Source: Bacteroidales bacterium
GTDB lineage: Bacteria > Bacteroidota > Bacteroidia > Bacteroidales > PWNQ01
Length of the DNA stretch: 48,761 nucleotides
NCBI GenBank assembly: GCA_003557725.1
Contig: PWNQ01000066.1
Span: 1 to 48,761 of the forward strand
Direction of reading: 5' to 3'
The translations under genes were made by a program, and so were the position numbers. Below the pieces are notes generated by a model. It did not search any database. It was not told the DNA's origin and saw nothing but the letters and a program-made list of their open reading frames with translations. Position 1 is the stretch's first letter. The number at the start of each line of letters is the position of its first letter. This document shows positions 36,037 to 44,465 of this stretch, piece by piece.

Positions 36037-37389
36037 TTAAAACCGGTAATAAATTCCGGCATTTAATCCTGCAGAAAAAGGTCTTTTCACACTGGATGAC
36101 AAATTATTTCCCTCATATAAATGATTAAAATAGACTTTCAGGTTTGGCTCAACCATGGCTGTCCACCGGTGGCTGATCTGATATCCGGCCCCTGCCGAAA
36201 GTACATAGTGCCAGTTGGTGCTTACCCTGCTATGACGGTAGTCCTGAATATCTAAAACATTACTGTAACGTTCCCCTTCATGATCATACCATAACTTTTC
36301 ATGAATCAATACAGAAATAATTATCCCCGTAGACAGGGAGTACACAAAGCGGTTATGTGTCCCTGAGTATCCAGTCATCAGAGGGATGGTCAGGTAGGTG
36401 TACCTTTTGGTGGTAAAGCTTTCGTCTCGCAGATTCACCGTATCGTATACTTCCTCCTGATGAGTATGGTATGTTATTACAATGGAATCCTGCCCCGCAG
36501 AACCCGTTACAATAATGTAAGAAACAGAGTCTACCGCCGTGTAATGGCCCAGAAATTGGGGTTTCTGAAAATCAATGACATAATCCCAGGAGTCTTTGGT
36601 TTGGTAAACCCCCACTCCCGTTTGAAAAAAGTAATTGTTGGGACTGTAGTATCTTCCTTCCAGGGTTAGTCCACTTTCATAGATGGCCTTATCACGGGTA
36701 TCCAGGGTATTAAAGATCCGGGATCCGTTCCAGGAAAGCCCCAGGGAGAATGGCGACTTATGGAAATAACGCGCTTTGTCGGTCACCGGGGTTTCCATTT
36801 GGGTAGTTAACGGGGCCTTCATATGGGGATCTTCTCCGGTCCATGTTTCTTTAATATGGAGTTCTGGAGGCAAAGGGGTTCGTTTTTCCAGCAACCCGGT
36901 CATACGGTGGGCTATTGCAATGAGCGGCTCGGGTGATTTTTCCACTGGGCTGTGCCGGATTATTTCCTCCGGTGTTTTTTTGGCGGGGAGGGCTTCCGTT
37001 TCCGGCAGTTCCCGTGTTTTTGGTGGTGCGGTCATTTCTGCCTGCTGATCCTCTTCCCGACTGCCTTTATGATCATAAGGCATGGCAACTTCCCCACTCC
37101 CCTGCTGTACCATATCCGGTTCATCCAGATGGAAAAAGGTATCCCGCCATGTGTATTCCCCCTGGCCCTGATCAGAGCCATCAATAAGGATCCACAACAG
37201 CACAGATAACCCGGCAAGTACTGCCGCGGCAGGAATCCATAACCGGGAAACCCCAGGCCACCACCCAGCGGCCCCGAGCGGTATGCCGGAAGCCTGTACC
37301 TTCCCCCAAACCCCCGGAGGAGGATTGGGAGAAAAATCCTGAAACCGCTCCCTGAGCTTCTTGTCTAAAGAATCCGTTAAGTTATCCAT
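36037..37389 (-). CDS. Putative ECF anti-sigma partner with hybrid topology: ~50-aa cytoplasmic N-terminus, one TM helix, a Pro/Glu-rich linker and a C-terminal outer-membrane beta-barrel-like domain
   Basis: It lies 77 nt downstream of the ECF sigma gene and 2 nt upstream of the PKD cargo gene. The hydrophobic helix is LWIPAAAVLAGLSVLLWILI (aa ~50-69). The linker is rich in P/E/K (aa ~100-200). The last ~240 aa show alternating beta-strand periodicity and end in an OMP-type beta-signal ...FSAGLNAGIYYRF. There is no zf-HC2 (HxxxCxxC) motif. Confidence 0.6.
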   Translation of the reverse strand: MDNLTDSLDKKLRERFQDFSPNPPPGVWGKVQASGIPLGAAGWWPGVSRLWIPAAAVLAGLSVLLWILIDGSDQGQGEYTWRDTFFHLDEPDMVQQGSGEVAMPYDHKGSREEDQQAEMTAPPKTRELPETEALPAKKTPEEIIRHSPVEKSPEPLIAIAHRMTGLLEKRTPLPPELHIKETWTGEDPHMKAPLTTQMETPVTDKARYFHKSPFSLGLSWNGSRIFNTLDTRDKAIYESGLTLEGRYYSPNNYFFQTGVGVYQTKDSWDYVIDFQKPQFLGHYTAVDSVSYIIVTGSAGQDSIVITYHTHQEEVYDTVNLRDESFTTKRYTYLTIPLMTGYSGTHNRFVYSLSTGIIISVLIHEKLWYDHEGERYSNVLDIQDYRHSRVSTNWHYVLSAGAGYQISHRWTAMVEPNLKVYFNHLYEGNNLSSSVKRPFSAGLNAGIYYRF

Positions 37390-37466
37390 AATAATCTTAT
37401 CTCATCCAGTATAAATAGCTTTAAAAAATTTCCCATATATTATCCCCCTCTTTTGGGATCTTTCTT

Positions 37467-38039
37467 CTATTTTCTGTCTATATGACTGTTTATATTCTCC
37501 TTGCATTTCAGTTTCGTTTCCACCAGCTTTTTCAACATCTCCCGCCCACGCAATAAATAGGATCTGGAGGTCTTGATGCTTATATTTAGCATCTGGGCAA
37601 TTTCCCTGTGAAAATACCCGTCAAAAACATACAGGTTAAAAACAACCCGGTATCGTTCAGGAATATGCTGAACCAACTCCACCAATTCACCGATGGTTAA
37701 CTTATCAATAGCCGATGGTTCAAAATGATTTCCAAAACTAATATCCTCATTGAACTGCTGTTCATTTTTCTTTATTAAATCCTTTCTGTATTGATTTATT
37801 GCTGTATTAACTATGGTTTTACGCATCCATCCTTCAAAAGAGCCATTGCCACTGTACTGCTTCAGATTGGAAAACACCTTGATAAACCCTTCCTGCAAAA
37901 GGTCTTCTGCCGAAGCACGATTTTTCGCATACCTCAAACAAACACCCCAGAACTTAGGTGCATACTGTGTATACAACTTCTCCTGAGCCTTTTTATCCCC
38001 AGCTATACACTTTTCAATAAGCTCGTTTTCAGAAAACAT
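37467..38039 (-). CDS. ECF-type RNA polymerase sigma-70 factor
   Basis: Region 2 is present (YAPKFWGVCLRYAKNRASAEDLLQEGFIKVF) and so is the region 4 HTH (YRVVFNLYVFDGYFHREIAQMLNISIKTSRSYLLRGREML). At 190 aa it lacks region 3, as in group IV sigma factors. Confidence 0.9.
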   Translation of the reverse strand: MFSENELIEKCIAGDKKAQEKLYTQYAPKFWGVCLRYAKNRASAEDLLQEGFIKVFSNLKQYSGNGSFEGWMRKTIVNTAINQYRKDLIKKNEQQFNEDISFGNHFEPSAIDKLTIGELVELVQHIPERYRVVFNLYVFDGYFHREIAQMLNISIKTSRSYLLRGREMLKKLVETKLKCKENINSHIDRK

Positions 38040-38087
38040 TAAGCTTAGTCCTCCGGGATGTTTGATTAGACAAAATTTCTACTGTTA

Positions 38088-38113
38088 GGGTTGCAAAAAA
38101 CAACCCTTTTTTT
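38088..38113 (+). terminator. Canonical intrinsic-terminator structure oriented on the plus strand, with no plus-strand gene upstream
   Basis: GGGTTG-CAAAAAA-CAACCC hairpin (38088-38106) followed by T7 (38107-13). A second T9 run lies at 38117-25. The structure sits 49 nt beyond the 5' end of the minus-strand sigma gene. Confidence 0.45.
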
Positions 38114-38439
38114 CACTTTTTTTTTGAGCCGCAAACAAGGGAGCTAAAATAAAAAAAACCCCGGAATAAATACAAATACATAAAAAACTAACTTTCTGTT
38201 ATATAAACATCCGGCTATCTATATATTTTAATATGGGTTCTCCCCGCGGCCTTCTCCCCACAACCAGTTTATCCGGGGCGGTTTTTGTGGTTATGCTATG
38301 GCCAATATTAAAAAGAATCCGTTGTGGAAGCCTTCCCGGCAGCTTAATTAAATGGCATGCCCCCCAGGGCAGACGACAATAGGCTGACGTCCACCCCCGT
38401 AAGAAATTATTTTAGGATAAATAATCACATTTCCTGCTA

Positions 38440-39372
38440 CTAGGTAAATACTCCTGCAGGGTCAATAAGTGTGGCGACCATCTGATTATACTGACGCGTA
38501 ATAACCGATGAAGTGAGGCTGAGCACCGGTACCGGCGACTCATTGATGACCCGGTGTGCAAAAGCCCCAATATAATTATCGTAGGTATACCCCTCCTGGT
38601 GTGTCATGATCATAACCATGTCGGGTTTAATGCTATTTACATACTCCAAAACCCTTTTGTATGGCGGCACATCCGACCTTTCGAAGATTTTAATATGACA
38701 ATTAACCCCGTTATTAACCAGGGCATCCCGTGCATCGGTGAGGCGTTTATATATCCTGCTGTCTTCCATCTTGATCCCCCCCACCAGGGCGGAAACCAGG
38801 TATATATCCGATTTATAGTACCTTCCGTAAAACAGGGCACTGGAAAGCTTTCGCTTAATATCTTTCGTCAGATCCAAAGGAACAACGATCTTATTATAGT
38901 TGGGGATGGCCTCCCCCTTAAGGGTCAAAACCGGAGCAGAAGCATGTAGTGTTACATGATAAACACTGCGCCCTAAATGCTTCTGAACATCTATCCCCTG
39001 ATGATTTTCCCCCATAATAACCAAGCCCGGACGGGTCTTTTTAACCACCTCCAATATCTTTTGGTAAGGCTTCCCCCGCTCCACACGAGTCTTAATCTTG
39101 ATGCCGGGAAGCTTCTTCTTCAAAGGCTTAGCAAGCTTTAGCATCTTCTCCTTGGCCTTATCCGTAACCTTTACCAAATGATCGCCGGAACTGAAAAACT
39201 CACTTAAAACACCCGAAGTCTCAATGACATGCAACAACTCAAGGGTGCCCTTATTCTTTATACATAAATTGGATGCATACTCCAAAGCATTTAAAGATGC
39301 CTCCTTGAAATCAACAGGTAATAAAATCCTCTCCAGGTCTTTTTCCATGATCCTCTTTTTTCCGTTATACAA
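38440..39372 (-). CDS. Tandem-domain universal stress protein (UspA family)
   Basis: There are two Usp domains. The first runs ILLPVDFKEASLNALEYA...LVIMGENHQG and the second IVVPLDLTKDIKRKL...MVMIMTHQEG...SPVPVLSL. The ATG at 39348 (MEKDLERIL) is an equally plausible start. Confidence 0.85.
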   Translation of the reverse strand: MYNGKKRIMEKDLERILLPVDFKEASLNALEYASNLCIKNKGTLELLHVIETSGVLSEFFSSGDHLVKVTDKAKEKMLKLAKPLKKKLPGIKIKTRVERGKPYQKILEVVKKTRPGLVIMGENHQGIDVQKHLGRSVYHVTLHASAPVLTLKGEAIPNYNKIVVPLDLTKDIKRKLSSALFYGRYYKSDIYLVSALVGGIKMEDSRIYKRLTDARDALVNNGVNCHIKIFERSDVPPYKRVLEYVNSIKPDMVMIMTHQEGYTYDNYIGAFAHRVINESPVPVLSLTSSVITRQYNQMVATLIDPAGVFT

Positions 39373-39700
39373 TCCCCTTCATCATACCACCTCTACGTAT
39401 TAACATAAACAGGAGGTAAACAGTTCGCAATAATACGAAAAATATATGGCATGTCCTGGCCTGTATCCCATAAATATTTTTTAATTTAGAATCTAACGCA
39501 TTACAAGTTAAGCTTATTTATAATCCTTATCCACGCCCTTCAGACTTTTTGCCCCGGACCCTACAAGGGTGAATCCGCTGAAAATCAACCACCCTTACGT
39601 TGCAAAACGTACAATATGAAAACAATGTGGAAGGCAACCTGACCGATGGCATTTAGGCTGGTTATGGTCAACTGAACAGAAATACAGCCCACAAAAAAAA

Positions 39701-39731
39701 GCCTTTACCCATTAGTGGTAAAGGCTTTTTT
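39701..39731. terminator. Bidirectional rho-independent terminator just downstream of the tRNA-Ala 3' end
   Basis: A8 (39693-39700), then GCCTTTACC (39701-09), loop CATTAGT, GGTAAAGGC (39717-25), then T6 (39726-31). Read on the minus strand, it follows the tRNA 3' end (39736) by 4 nt and ends in T8. Confidence 0.7.
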
Positions 39732-39735
39732 GCTG

Positions 39736-39809
39736 TGGAGCATATCGGAGTCGAACCGATGACCTCTTGACTGCCAGTCAAACGCTCTAGCCAACTGAGC
39801 TAATGCCCC
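39736..39809 (-). tRNA. tRNA-Ala (anticodon GGC)
   Basis: The minus-strand sequence is GGGGCATTAGCTCAGTTGGCTAGAGCGTTTGACTGGCAGTCAAGAGGTCATCGGTTCGACTCCGATATGCTCCA. It folds as a cloverleaf: 7-bp acceptor stem with the G3:U70 Ala identity pair, D arm GCTC/GAGC, anticodon stem TTTGA/TCAAG with loop CTGGCAG, and T arm ATCGG-TTCGACT-CCGAT. CCA is not encoded. Confidence 0.95.
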
Positions 39810-39910
39810 ATGAATTTTGTGAACGCGGCTGCAAAAGTAAAAACAATTTTGGTAACATCACAAAAAAAGATCCCATTATATTTGCAAAAAACCAAATATA
39901 CGTTTCGCAT

Positions 39911-40798
39911 ATGTTACCACGAGGGATTAAGCAAGAAGCAGAAAAGGTATTACTAGATTATTATGGGGCTCCCGCAGGTATTGAAGGCTCCTCCACATTG
40001 GGGGGTGGATCGATCAATGCTGCTTTCCGGGTGGAAACTACGGAAGAGGATGTGTTTCTAAAGTGTAATGATGTTCATTCCTATCCGGATATGTTTGAAA
40101 AGGAATCGGCCGGCCTTTCGCTGATGCGAAAAACCCGTACGGTTTATGTTCCTGAAGTCATAGGCACAGGAAAGACCCATAGCCATTCTTTCATTATTAT
40201 GGAATTCATTCACAGCGGTATGCGAAAGGATAGTTTTTGGGATGATTTTGGTAAAAATCTGGCAGCCATGCACGGTCACTCCAGCAAAATGTTTGGTCTG
40301 GACCATGACAATTATATGGGCTCCCTGGTACAAAGCAATAATCGTCACCAAAACTGGTATGATTTTTTTATTCTTCAACGCCTGGAACCACAAGTGCGCC
40401 TTGCCCGCAACAGCGGATATTTGAACCAGGGCCACATAGATCAGTTTCAAAGGCTATACAAAGAACTCATAAACATTATTCCCGAAGAAAAGCCCGCATT
40501 GGTTCATGGTGACCTCTACAGCGGAAATTATCTGATCACCGATTCGGGGACACCCTGTATTTTGGATCCTGCCACCGCCTACAACCACCGGGAAGTGGAC
40601 ATTGCCATGTCTACCCTGTTCGGTTTGTTTGATGACCGCTTTTATTCCTCCTATAACGAAGAATCTCCTATGCACCCGGGGTGGGAACAGCGTATAGACA
40701 TCTATAACCTTTACCCGTTGCTGGTTCATGTAAACCTTTTTGGAATGGCTTACTTATCCAGTGTGGAGCGCATTACCAGAAAATTTTCTCAGGGATGA
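39911..40798 (+). CDS. Fructosamine/ketosamine-3-kinase family protein
   Basis: The motifs GGGSINAAFRV, IIMEFI and ALVHGDLYSGNYL (the HGDLWxGN catalytic loop) are present. The tracked start at 39803 overlaps the tRNA gene, so ATG 39911 (MLPRGIKQEAE) is preferred. Confidence 0.85.
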   Translation: MLPRGIKQEAEKVLLDYYGAPAGIEGSSTLGGGSINAAFRVETTEEDVFLKCNDVHSYPDMFEKESAGLSLMRKTRTVYVPEVIGTGKTHSHSFIIMEFIHSGMRKDSFWDDFGKNLAAMHGHSSKMFGLDHDNYMGSLVQSNNRHQNWYDFFILQRLEPQVRLARNSGYLNQGHIDQFQRLYKELINIIPEEKPALVHGDLYSGNYLITDSGTPCILDPATAYNHREVDIAMSTLFGLFDDRFYSSYNEESPMHPGWEQRIDIYNLYPLLVHVNLFGMAYLSSVERITRKFSQG

Positions 40799-40809
40799 CA
40801 GCAAGTGAT

Positions 40810-41265
40810 TCACATACGCTCGGGTATGGGTATTTTTTTCACCCTTTTTTCATGCCTTCCCCCCTGGAAGTCTGTATCAATAAAGGCATTAACCATTTCC
40901 AGGGCCACCTCTTTGCCCACAAAACGTGCCGGAATAGCCAGGATATTGGCATCGTTATGCGCTCTGGCCAAACTGGCAATCTCGGGTATCCAGCACAAAG
41001 CTGCTCGCACACCGGAATACTTGTTAGCTGTCATACTCACCCCGTTCCCGGTCCCGCACAAAATGATCCCGGCCGTGACCTTTCCCTCATGGATATCCCG
41101 GGCAAGCGGATGAATGGCATCCGCATAGTCCATGCTTTCCTCACTGTGAGTGCCATAATCAGAAACCGTGTACCCCGATTGAGACATCTTGCGCTTGATA
41201 ACCTCTTTAAGTGCGTACCCCGCATGATCACTCCCTATAGCAAAAATTTTCTCTTTATCAACCAT
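40810..41265 (-). CDS. rpiB: Ribose-5-phosphate isomerase B (RpiB/LacAB family)
   Basis: IFAIGSDHAGYALKE, ILCGTGNGVSMTANK and ARAHNDANILAIPARF motifs. Confidence 0.9.
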   Translation of the reverse strand: MVDKEKIFAIGSDHAGYALKEVIKRKMSQSGYTVSDYGTHSEESMDYADAIHPLARDIHEGKVTAGIILCGTGNGVSMTANKYSGVRAALCWIPEIASLARAHNDANILAIPARFVGKEVALEMVNAFIDTDFQGGRHEKRVKKIPIPERM

Positions 41266-41761
41266 TGTTAATATGTTTATATGTTATTATCGAAGATAAA
41301 TCCATTTACCATGCTTAAAAACACCAGTGTTAAAAGAAAAAACTCCCTGCCCATTAACCATTCATATATCCGGCTGTCAGACGCCTGTAACTTATTAACA
41401 AACCCATGACCATATTTGTTAAGAGTATGCCAATATTTGGTAACAACTAACACCGGTTATGAACAATTGCCGTTTTATTAACACCTTTGTGATCCAAATC
41501 AAGAGATTTTAAATTAAATCCACATGAAGTGAACAATAAAAAGGCAAAATTACATGAAAAATGAATAGTTCAAAACCGTTTTCAACATCATTGTTAATAA
41601 ACAATAAAAAATAACAAACCAGTAGTTTATAAAATAATATTTTGTTAACAAAACGTTAGTATTGACATAAACAACAAATAAATCATATATTTCTTCACAG
41701 TATTAACAAGCTATATACATCATATCTTTTTTTAAAATTTAATTAAAAATATAATATAATA

Positions 41762-42715
41762 ATGTCACAGGATAGTCATTTTTTTGCCGAAGCCATACAA
41801 AAACTCAAAAAAGAAAAAGGCGCAGTAGTATTGGCTCATTTTTATCAAACTGCCGATATTCAGGATGTTGCTGACTATGTTGGAGACAGTTTGGGTTTGG
41901 CTCTTAAAGCAAAACAGTCGGATGCTCAGATGATTGCTTTTGCTGGTGTTCATTTTATGGCAGAGACTGCCAAGATTCTTAAGCCGGAGGCAAAGGTGGT
42001 TTTGCCAGACATGGAAGCATCCTGTTCACTGGCGGAAGCAGCACCTCCCGATAAGTTTAAAGCTTTTGTGGACCGCCATCCCGGTCATAAAGTCATCTCT
42101 TATGTAAACGCTACCGCTTATGTAAAAACCCTGTCGGACATGGTTTGCACTTCCAGCAATGCTGTGGATGTGGTCAATTCGTTTCCCAAAGATCAAAAGC
42201 TGCTGTTTGCTCCGGATAAGAATCTGGGGGCATGGATCAACAAAAAGACGGGTAGAAACATGGTTTTATATGATGGCACCTGTGAGGTACATGATATTTT
42301 ATCCACCGAACGTATTCTTACCATGAAAGTCGAAAACCCCGAAGCACCGCTTATTGCTCATCCAGAGTGCCAGCCACAGGTTTTGGAAGCTGCTGATTTT
42401 GTAGGGTCTACCACTATGTTGCTTGATTTTACCGTAAATAGTAAGGCAAAGGAGTTTATTGTGGCCACAGAAACCGGAATAATCCACCAGATGAAGAAGA
42501 AGTCACCGGAAAAAAAGTTTTTTATCGTTCCAGCTGATGAAACCTGTGCATGTAACGACTGCCGGTTTATGAAAATGAATACCATGGAAAAGCTTTATCG
42601 GTGTATGAAAGATGAAAAACCACAGATCATTCTGGACCGGGAAACCATTGAAAAAGCCAGAGTACCTATTGAGCGAATGCTACACATATCAAAAAAACTG
42701 ATCCCCGGCCAATAA
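41762..42715 (+). CDS. nadA: Quinolinate synthase NadA
   Basis: VVLAHFYQTADIQDVADYVGDSL, VHFMAETAKIL, the LIAHPEC context and CxxC near the C-terminus (ETCACNDCRFMK). Confidence 0.95.
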   Translation: MSQDSHFFAEAIQKLKKEKGAVVLAHFYQTADIQDVADYVGDSLGLALKAKQSDAQMIAFAGVHFMAETAKILKPEAKVVLPDMEASCSLAEAAPPDKFKAFVDRHPGHKVISYVNATAYVKTLSDMVCTSSNAVDVVNSFPKDQKLLFAPDKNLGAWINKKTGRNMVLYDGTCEVHDILSTERILTMKVENPEAPLIAHPECQPQVLEAADFVGSTTMLLDFTVNSKAKEFIVATETGIIHQMKKKSPEKKFFIVPADETCACNDCRFMKMNTMEKLYRCMKDEKPQIILDRETIEKARVPIERMLHISKKLIPGQ

Positions 42716-42856
42716 GCACGGGGGCACTATCGTTTTAGTGTAACGCAAACAATATGGTAATCAATGGTCTTTTTCATTATTTCCACCCTGTTAATGAATG
42801 GTAATATTATATGAACAGGCCCATTGAAAATATGAATAACCACACATATACCAGCT

Positions 42857-44377
42857 ATGGTTAAAGCTATATGGATACTTGTATGTTTTTTCTGTTTTAG
42901 CAGCTTATATGCTCAAACAGACACCACCGATGAGAACTATCACCGGTTTACCTTCCACAATGGTCAGGTTTCTTCTGAGGGTCTGCTTATTGATGGTCAG
43001 CCCAATGGTTATTGGAAAAATTATTACCGTGACGGTACGCTGAGGTCTGAAGGGAACAGGAAAAACTTTAAACTGGATTCCACCTGGGTGTTTTATACCC
43101 CGGAAGGGACGGTGGATATGATCATCAATTATCAGGAAGGATTAAAGAATGGATTGCGTGTTAACTATAAAGAAGAGGAGATTGTTACTGAGCAGTTCAT
43201 AGATGATGTAAAACATGGTTGGGAGAAAGTATTTTATCCGGATTCTGCCTTAAAGCGGGAAGTTTTTTGGGATAATGGCCGGAAGCATGGCATGGAAAAG
43301 GTGTATGACAGGGAGGGAAACATAACGGCCATTATGAATTACGACCGGGGTTTTTTGGTGAGCAGGGAGTATATAAACCAGAGGGATCAACAGGGGCGCA
43401 AGCAGGGGCCCTGGAAATCATTTTATGAAGACGGAACGCTTAAATGGGAAGGCGTTTACCTGGAGGGGGAAAAGCATGGGATCTTTAAAAGTTATAACCC
43501 CGATGGTTCACTGGAGGGTATACAAAAATGGGTTATGGGCGAAAGGCAAACACGCGATCCGGCTGTTGCTGATTCGGAAGTAAAAAGAAACTATTATCCT
43601 ACGGGAGAAATCCGGGTTATGGCCTCTTACCTGGATGGAGAGCTTCATGGTGTGCGAAGGGAATTTGACTTTCTGGGAAATGTGGCAGCCTCTCAGATCA
43701 TGGAACATGGCCGAAAGGTGGCGGAGGGAGTTATGGATCTGGAGGGTAGAAAACAAGGACCATGGAAATATTATTTCAAATCGGGGGCTTTAAGATCTCA
43801 GGGGGATTATAAGGACGGTATTCCCGTGGGAGAATGGGTGTACTATTTTGAAAACGGAGACGTGGAACAACGCGGAGCGTTTAATGAACAGGGAAAAGAA
43901 CAGGGGAAATGGGAGTGGTTCTTTTCTAATGGACAATTGAGAAAAGTAGAACACTACCATGACGGGGTGTTGCATGGGGGGTACAGGGAATATACTCTGG
44001 AAGGAAAACTTTGGGCGGAAGGAGAATATATTGAGGGAAGCCGGGAGGGTGAGTGGTTGGTGACTTATATGGGTAATAAGGAAAAAGGAAAGTATAAAAA
44101 TGACGTAAGACAGGGGCGTTGGGAGTTTATTGCCGATAGCATCCTGGTATATGAGGGGACTTTCCAGGACGGTTTTCCCGACGGCATACACAAATCTTAC
44201 CACCTTTGTGGAAACCTTAAGTGGGAAGGTGAGTATAATATGGGCGAAAAAAACGGACCATGGAGAAGATACCTTCCCGACGGCCAACTATTTCTGGTGG
44301 TCACTTACCGCTTTGGGCGTCAGGTAGAGTACAATTATGCCCAAATCAAGTATGACCGCACCGCCGGCCCTGAATGA
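42857..44377 (+). CDS. Secreted MORN-variant / YwqK-like repeat protein
   Basis: Signal peptide MVKAIWILVCFFCFSSLYAQ. It is followed by more than 15 copies of a ~23-aa G-x-W-x-x-Y-Y-x-x-G-x-L-x-x-E-G-x-Y repeat (e.g. GYWKNYYRDGTLRSEGN, GPWKSFYEDGTLKWEGVY, GEWVYYFENGDVEQRGAF). Confidence 0.8.
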   Translation: MVKAIWILVCFFCFSSLYAQTDTTDENYHRFTFHNGQVSSEGLLIDGQPNGYWKNYYRDGTLRSEGNRKNFKLDSTWVFYTPEGTVDMIINYQEGLKNGLRVNYKEEEIVTEQFIDDVKHGWEKVFYPDSALKREVFWDNGRKHGMEKVYDREGNITAIMNYDRGFLVSREYINQRDQQGRKQGPWKSFYEDGTLKWEGVYLEGEKHGIFKSYNPDGSLEGIQKWVMGERQTRDPAVADSEVKRNYYPTGEIRVMASYLDGELHGVRREFDFLGNVAASQIMEHGRKVAEGVMDLEGRKQGPWKYYFKSGALRSQGDYKDGIPVGEWVYYFENGDVEQRGAFNEQGKEQGKWEWFFSNGQLRKVEHYHDGVLHGGYREYTLEGKLWAEGEYIEGSREGEWLVTYMGNKEKGKYKNDVRQGRWEFIADSILVYEGTFQDGFPDGIHKSYHLCGNLKWEGEYNMGEKNGPWRRYLPDGQLFLVVTYRFGRQVEYNYAQIKYDRTAGPE

Positions 44378-44465
44378 TAACTCAATATATCAGCGCTTCA
44401 CCAGGATTATTGGAAATGGACTGATAAGCAATCGAAGTATTAAGCATTGGTAAAATACAGGTCAG

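Noticed and set aside
39527-39535. DnaA-box-like TTATCCACG in the usp/tRNA spacer
   Set aside because: It is a single copy with one mismatch. There is no cluster of boxes, no adjacent AT-rich unwinding element and no dnaA/dnaN nearby, so it is not an origin.
39373-39700. Possible small ORFs in the 363-nt spacer: MACPGLYPINIF after an AGGAGG at ~39409, and MKTMWKAT at ~39626
   Set aside because: At 8-12 codons, with no supporting features and no conservation information, they cannot be distinguished from noise by eye.
39803-39910. Extension of the fructosamine-kinase ORF that overlaps the tRNA-Ala gene
   Set aside because: The first 7 nt overlap the tRNA on the opposite strand, and the extension (MPHEFCERGCKSKNNFGNITKK...) has no homology character. 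ATG 39911 gives a normal family N-terminus.
40795-41271. A 158-aa plus-strand ORF covering the rpiB locus
   Set aside because: The minus-strand frame encodes an unmistakable RpiB (GSDHAGYALKE, CGTGNGVSMTANK). The plus-strand product has no motifs.
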